Assembly: GCA_038844785.1 (NCBI GenBank)
Contig: JAWBRA010000044.1
Coordinates: 1-10,896 of the forward strand
Origin: Candidatus Caldarchaeum sp.
GTDB taxonomy: Archaea; Thermoproteota; Nitrososphaeria_A; Caldarchaeales; Caldarchaeaceae
DNA length: 10,896 bases
Reading direction: 5' to 3'
The first letter of the stretch is position 1. Every line of letters begins with the position of its first letter. The translations under genes were made by a program, and so were the position numbers. The notes under the pieces were generated by a model. The model made no database searches. It saw only the letters and a program-made list of their open reading frames with translations, and was not told the origin of the DNA. Positions 6,279 to 10,896 of this stretch are shown piece after piece.

Positions 6279-6710
6279 TTGAGTGTGGACAGGAGGCGTG
6301 TCGAAGCCGAGCTGCGTGGCAGGAGCTTGGACGTTTTCCTCTACGTCATCAGGGCTGGAAGGCCTGTGGGTGTTAGGGATGTTCAAAGGGGTCTTGGGCT
6401 TTCAAGCCCCAGCGTAGCCCACCACCATCTGGAGAAGCTTCACTCGCTCGGCGTGCTGCAGAAAGACGATAAAGGCTCCTACACAGCTTCTGAGAAAGTA
6501 GACATATCTGTTCTCCAGCCCTTCATACTGGTTGGGGGAAAACTGCTGCCCCGCATGGCTTTCTACGCAGCCCTGTTCACAACCTTCACCACGCTCTACT
6601 TGGCCACCCACCTTACCTCACCAGACCCCTACGTCATCGCGCTCGGAGCATCCTCCTCGGCGGCAACCCTATACGAAGCTGTGCGCACATGGCGGAAAAA
6701 ACCATGGTAG
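6279..6710 (+). CDS. Winged helix-turn-helix transcriptional regulator with C-terminal membrane helices
   Basis: GVRDVQRGLGLSSPSVAHHHLEKLHSLGVL is a wHTH (ArsR/LexA-N-like), followed by two hydrophobic segments. TATA-like TTTTTAAG at 6247-6254 favours TTG 6279 or GTG 6285 over 6198. Confidence 0.85.
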   Translation: MSVDRRRVEAELRGRSLDVFLYVIRAGRPVGVRDVQRGLGLSSPSVAHHHLEKLHSLGVLQKDDKGSYTASEKVDISVLQPFILVGGKLLPRMAFYAALFTTFTTLYLATHLTSPDPYVIALGASSSAATLYEAVRTWRKKPW

Positions 6711-6734
6711 CCCTCTGTTCTAACGAATGGACTT

Positions 6735-7022
6735 ATGAGGGGGTTTGAGAAGGTTTTGATGTTGAAGCGGTTGGCCCCTGTTCTGCTGGGCGTGCTGGCT
6801 GCAATGCTGCTATTCGGGGGAATATACGTTGCCGAACATCGGAAAGGTGCTGAACTGGCTCAAGCAGCAAAGCCTGAAATGCCGTTAAAGACAGCTGAGA
6901 CTAATGAGCCAACGCTTTTCATCACGATTGGCACGGCGTCGCTACTGACAGCCCTGTCGATCTTCATAACCTTAACCATCATTACACGGCGTGCGTTGTC
7001 AAAACCTGCAGAATACCCATAG
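6735..7022 (+). CDS. Hypothetical small membrane protein (2 TM)
   Basis: Two clear hydrophobic helices flank a polar loop. Lies 24 nt downstream of the regulator on the same strand. Confidence 0.7.
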   Translation: MRGFEKVLMLKRLAPVLLGVLAAMLLFGGIYVAEHRKGAELAQAAKPEMPLKTAETNEPTLFITIGTASLLTALSIFITLTIITRRALSKPAEYP

Positions 7023-7096
7023 CTTACAGGCGGAATTCAATAGCACGACAGGTACCAACACTTATATGCGTGGGGGCCTTGTTAGGCTTAGAGTAG

Positions 7097-8454
7097 ATGA
7101 AGCTTAGGAGGATACGGCTGCGCAACTGGAAGTCCTTCAAAGACACGGTCGTCGAGCTGAACGACGGTCTCAACGTCCTAGTAGGCCCAAACGCCTCAGG
7201 AAAAACAAACCTGCTGGAAGCCTTCAAGTTCCTCAAGAAAGCCCTCGGCGACATCACCTCACCATACCACCCCATCTCGAATGGTGGTCCTACAGAAACA
7301 TCGTCTACGGCAACGACGAAACAAAGCCCATAACATTCGATCTTGAATTCGAATGCCCAGAAAACTACCGGACGTCCTATGAGATTGTTTTCGCCAGCAT
7401 AGAGGGCACGGTCAAACCCATCAAAGAAACAGTCAAGCTACATGGAATAGCAACAATCAGCAGAGAAGGCGACACATTAAAGATTGTTAAAGAGAAGGCG
7501 TTCATCAAAAAACACATAAACACCATTAGGGAATACATTATAGACCGCGTAAAAGAGTATGGGATCAAAATTGAGGATATAACTAGGGAAACCGAAACGG
7601 CGATCTTGGAAAGAATGCCAATAAGCATGTTACCGACATTATCATTCTTTGACATATTTTCACCCATAGGCTATATTGATCTCGCAGTGGAAAACAAAAT
7701 CGCATTAACTGGCATAAGAACACAGGAAATAATGTTCACGCTCAGTGGGCATGGAGCTCCCGCAGCAAGGATTAACTTGATAAGCCCTTACCTAGAAGAT
7801 AAAGATGAGTCGCTGTTCCGATATGTAATCAGTAATCTCAGGCTGTTTTTCGGAGGCGTATCATTCATCCGCCATCCTGACATGGGTAAGGTTCGAGAGC
7901 CCAGTATAATGGCTGGTTTTCCTTATACTCCCTCAGAAAGAGGCGAAACGCTCAACCTGCTGATCGCCCGGATGTTTCTGTCTGGTGCATTACCAGAAAG
8001 AATTGAAAATGCTCTGAAAAATCTGTTCCCCGATTTTGCAATCCAAATAAAGCCAACAGCTGACGGCCGCGTTTTTCTCTCTGTAACAGACAGGATTAAT
8101 GGGGCTGAGATACATCCGCCGAGCATACCCGACGGCTTTTACAAGCTTCTCCACATCCTGACGGCGGTTGAGAGCAAGCCCTCCATATTATGTATAGACG
8201 AGCTGGAGAACTCTCTTCACAGCGAAGTCTTAGAATACATTGTGCATGAATTGAAGAACTCTGGTGTTCTCTGCTTGGTTGCCACTCATTCGCCTGTTGT
8301 TGTTGACGTGGCTGGTTTGGAAAGCCTTTTGCTGGTGGAGAGGACATTTGAGGGCAGCGTTGTCAAGCGTGTGGAAAACCTCGAGCAAGTCAGGCGGTGG
8401 ATGAAGGAGAAGGGGTTGACGCCGAGCGAAATGTGGCTATACGGCCTACAATAA
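7097..8454 (+). pseudogene. ABC/SMC-like ATPase (AAA_21/AAA_15 type), about 452 aa, split by a single-base frameshift (real or sequencing error)
   Basis: Walker A GPNASGKTN is in 7097-7333. Signature-like IPDGF, Walker B/D-loop LCIDELENSLH and H-loop ATHSP are in the downstream frame, which is open from about 7273 (HLEWWSYRNIVYGND...) to 8454. One extra C in the C4 run at 7270-7273 fuses the two. Confidence 0.88.
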
Positions 8455-8455
8455 C

Positions 8456-8929
8456 ATGGTCAAAACTATTTTCTGCGAAGACGCATACGTAAAAGGCTTC
8501 TTTAGAAACCTGATAAAGAAAATCAAAAAAGCTGAACCCCACCAGCTAGGCATCTCCATAAAATCAACGAGAGGGCCGTTTGACAGCAAGGCGGCCAGAG
8601 CGGTCGCCGCCGCCAGAATGAGAGGCAAGGTTATAGTGGTCGTGGACGCGCACGGCAAAACCCCTCACGAAGTAGAGACTAGCGTTAAACAGGCTTGCGG
8701 CCCGATAGATGGTTTACATGTAGTGGTTGTGGAGAACACTATCGAGGATTGGATTGCGGCCAACGAATGCGTAGACCCACGGAAGGAAAACGCCCTGAGC
8801 TATCTGAGACACAACCACAGGTATGAGAAGTACAAGCTCCCGAGCTATGGCGAGAGAATAGACGCTGAGAAACTCGCGCAAAAACTGTACAGTTTTAAAG
8901 ACTTTCTTGAAGCTTTGGACGACCCGTAA
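8456..8929 (+). CDS. TOPRIM-like small protein (DUF4276/RloB/DUF4435-like), partner of the ATPase
   Basis: N-terminal strand plus Glu (TIFCED), VVVDAH (DxD-like) and IEDW. Starts 1 nt after the ATPase stop. Confidence 0.65.
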   Translation: MVKTIFCEDAYVKGFFRNLIKKIKKAEPHQLGISIKSTRGPFDSKAARAVAAARMRGKVIVVVDAHGKTPHEVETSVKQACGPIDGLHVVVVENTIEDWIAANECVDPRKENALSYLRHNHRYEKYKLPSYGERIDAEKLAQKLYSFKDFLEALDDP

Positions 8930-8957
8930 AGAGCTTGAGCCAACAGTTTCCAGCTGT

Positions 8958-10679
8958 CTATACAGCTACTCTCATAGCCTTGTACTGTTGTCTGAGTTTG
9001 TTGAAGTCCGTCCCCATCGTCTTTATGTGCGTGTATGTTTTGGCTTTGTCTATCGCCCTCTCATACTCCTTGCCAAGCCTTGTGAAATATTTTTCCAGCC
9101 TGTCGAGCCAGAACCTTGCGCCTGCGTTGAGGATTGTGGTGGTTAGGATTCGGAGCAGGAAGCTGTCTTTGGAGATTTTGAAGGCTATGGATTCGGCCAT
9201 GCGTTTTGTGTTCCGCCAGCACACGTATATCAACGCCGCCTGAGCTGGCGTCAACTTTGCGTAAACATCCGTCAAAACGTTGGTTCCTCTGAGAGAGCCG
9301 AGGTTGACCAAAGCCATGGGCGTAACCGTGAAGTAGAGGTTGAGCGAGGCCATGTAGTTTATCAGCCCTATCGTATCCCAGCTGTCTTCGTCCGTCTCTC
9401 CTTCCTGTCCCAGGATTATGGTGTAGGCGGGTATCCAGTAGGCGGCGTTGTAAACCTTCTGGCCTTCGACAACTATCTCCGCCCACGTCCCATCCACACC
9501 AACTTTCAAAGGCTTCGCCTTGTTAGCCATGTGCTTGAGGATGAGCTTGTCGCTTCCAGTCTCAAGCCCAATCTGAACACCTATATGCTTGTCAGGCCCG
9601 GCTCCAACTATCTTGGCTACACCCATCGCAGCCTCAGGGTCTGCCGCAACAGGCGCCAGCGTGGCGTGCATCGGGTTGGCTTTGCTGACCCTAGACATGA
9701 CTGTTCTGTAAAGCCTGAAGATGGCTTCCTTGTTGGGCCAGAACTGCGGGTCGCGGACCATGTAAGCCCATTGATTGTCGGTCACAAACCATGCGTTGTC
9801 GATACCTCCCGTCAGGTTGACTTCCACCTCCTCTAAGACTTTCTCAGGCGGATAGTAGCGGAGAGGCCTTGTCGTTACCTCGCAGAAGTCGCAGTCTATT
9901 CCACATCCTCGCATTATCTCAGCTTGGCCGCTTATGGCTGGGTTTACTATGGTTGGGATATCTTCAATTTTGGGAAGCCTGTATTTCGAGGCTGGGTTCC
10001 GGCAGATGAACCTTCCTTCCGGGTCTTGGACGTAGCGGATGAAAGGCCTTCCGTAGGCGTCGAAGGTTGTTGTTTTGTAGCCGTGCATGAACATTGTTTT
10101 GTCGAGGCTGTCCTCAACCAGCTGTTCGAAAAGCAGATGCACAATGTCGTCCATCTCGCCTTGGACAACATAATCTATTCCAAGCCTCTCAATCTCCTCC
10201 TTCCTGTGCTCAAACTCCCATTCGCCGGAGCCTCCGACCACAACCTTCGCCCTACATCCCGTGTTTTTCTTCGCCACAGCTATCCGGGCCATCAGTTCTT
10301 CAAACTCTTTCGTCACCCAAGATTTTTCCCTGCCGGCGTTGTTGAACATAAGGGTCAAGGGGCCTAGACCGAGTGGGTCCATCGTGTTAACGCCGATTAT
10401 CTTCGTGTCGGGGCCGATGAAGCGAGAGACAAACCTTGGATGGGCTACAACTACTTCAAGCTTGGATTTCTTGACGAGGCAGGCCTCTATCTTTCTTATT
10501 GCGTAAGGAGCCAGCAAAGCTCTTCCATGAGAGTCGTAGGGCACGTCTGGAAGCGACAGATAATGGTAGATGGGGCTTGGAACGTATCTGACGGGTGCGC
10601 ATGGAAGAAAGCTTAGGAGAGGGAAGTCGTGAAACCTATGCCCCAGAGATGGGTCGAAGGTTAGAACAACCTGAACCAT
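8958..10679 (-). CDS. B12-binding radical SAM protein, GDGT ring synthase (Grs)-like tetraether lipid-modifying family
   Basis: CxxxCxxC in EIMRGCGIDCDFC. N-terminal APYAIRKIEA, MDPLGLGP, VVVGGSG and YVVQGE fit the cobalamin-binding-like domain of archaeal Grs-related enzymes. GLETGS motif present. Confidence 0.85.
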   Translation of the reverse strand: MVQVVLTFDPSLGHRFHDFPLLSFLPCAPVRYVPSPIYHYLSLPDVPYDSHGRALLAPYAIRKIEACLVKKSKLEVVVAHPRFVSRFIGPDTKIIGVNTMDPLGLGPLTLMFNNAGREKSWVTKEFEELMARIAVAKKNTGCRAKVVVGGSGEWEFEHRKEEIERLGIDYVVQGEMDDIVHLLFEQLVEDSLDKTMFMHGYKTTTFDAYGRPFIRYVQDPEGRFICRNPASKYRLPKIEDIPTIVNPAISGQAEIMRGCGIDCDFCEVTTRPLRYYPPEKVLEEVEVNLTGGIDNAWFVTDNQWAYMVRDPQFWPNKEAIFRLYRTVMSRVSKANPMHATLAPVAADPEAAMGVAKIVGAGPDKHIGVQIGLETGSDKLILKHMANKAKPLKVGVDGTWAEIVVEGQKVYNAAYWIPAYTIILGQEGETDEDSWDTIGLINYMASLNLYFTVTPMALVNLGSLRGTNVLTDVYAKLTPAQAALIYVCWRNTKRMAESIAFKISKDSFLLRILTTTILNAGARFWLDRLEKYFTRLGKEYERAIDKAKTYTHIKTMGTDFNKLRQQYKAMRVAV

Positions 10680-10702
10680 CCTAACGTGCAGGCTTTAAAC
10701 CC

Positions 10703-10710
10703 GTATATAA
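10703..10710 (-). promoter_or_regulatory. Archaeal TATA box for the radical SAM gene (probably leaderless mRNA)
   Basis: TTATATAC lies 24-31 nt upstream of ATG 10679, with no clear SD. Confidence 0.55.
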
Positions 10711-10736
10711 GCCGTTTCAGGATACAGTCTAAGACA

Positions 10737-10895
10737 CTAATAGGAGGTATTAGACTGTTGGTTTGTATTTCTTTTTTCTTGGTTTTTCCTTATTGTTCTG
10801 TTACAATAGGGGCATCTATCCCTGTTCTCGTATGTTTTATGGCATACGCTGCAGAATGACTGTCCCCTGTCATACTGTGGCTGAACACCTGACGG
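10737..10895 (-). CDS. 3' part of a small Zn-ribbon protein (CxxC...CPxC); start lies outside the window
   Basis: Hand translation: PSGVQPQYDRGQSFCSVCHKTYENRDRCPYCNRTIRKNQEKRNTNQQSNTSY*. Confidence 0.7.
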   Translation of the reverse strand, partial: PSGVQPQYDRGQSFCSVCHKTYENRDRCPYCNRTIRKNQEKRNTNQQSNTSY

Positions 10896-10896
10896 T

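Noticed and set aside
2605-10506. Remaining short ORF-track entries nested in or antisense to the main genes (e.g. 2698..2955, 2991..3365, 3570..3860, 5890..6213, 7024..7275, 7377..7667, 8935..9243, 9061..9486, 9924..10367)
   Set aside because: Shadow frames of well-supported genes with no recognisable motifs.

Overview
Archaeal-looking DNA (TATA boxes 24-30 nt before start codons, a Grs-like tetraether-lipid radical SAM gene); gene families suggest a thermophilic TACK archaeon, which is inference only. Bases 1-2520 form a decayed accessory island. It holds the 5' part of an IS110-like RuvC-fold gene missing from the ORF track, with a GC-rich, nested-stem ~190-nt region upstream (bridge/seek-RNA candidate). 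It also holds a frameshifted WCPHC redoxin pseudogene, an orphan CRISPR mini-array (3 repeats plus 1 degenerate), probable IS6-like and IS3/IS481-like scars, and an ORF remnant. Bases 2622-10896 hold a HAD hydrolase, a large secreted FN3/CBM/glycoside-hydrolase-like protein and a small 2-TM protein resembling eukaryotic DPM2. These are followed by a membrane-anchored wHTH regulator, a small membrane protein, a frameshifted ABC/AAA_21 ATPase paired with a TOPRIM-like gene (defence-like), a B12 radical SAM (Grs-like) and the 3' end of a small Zn-ribbon gene. All family assignments are by-eye motif recognition, not database searches.
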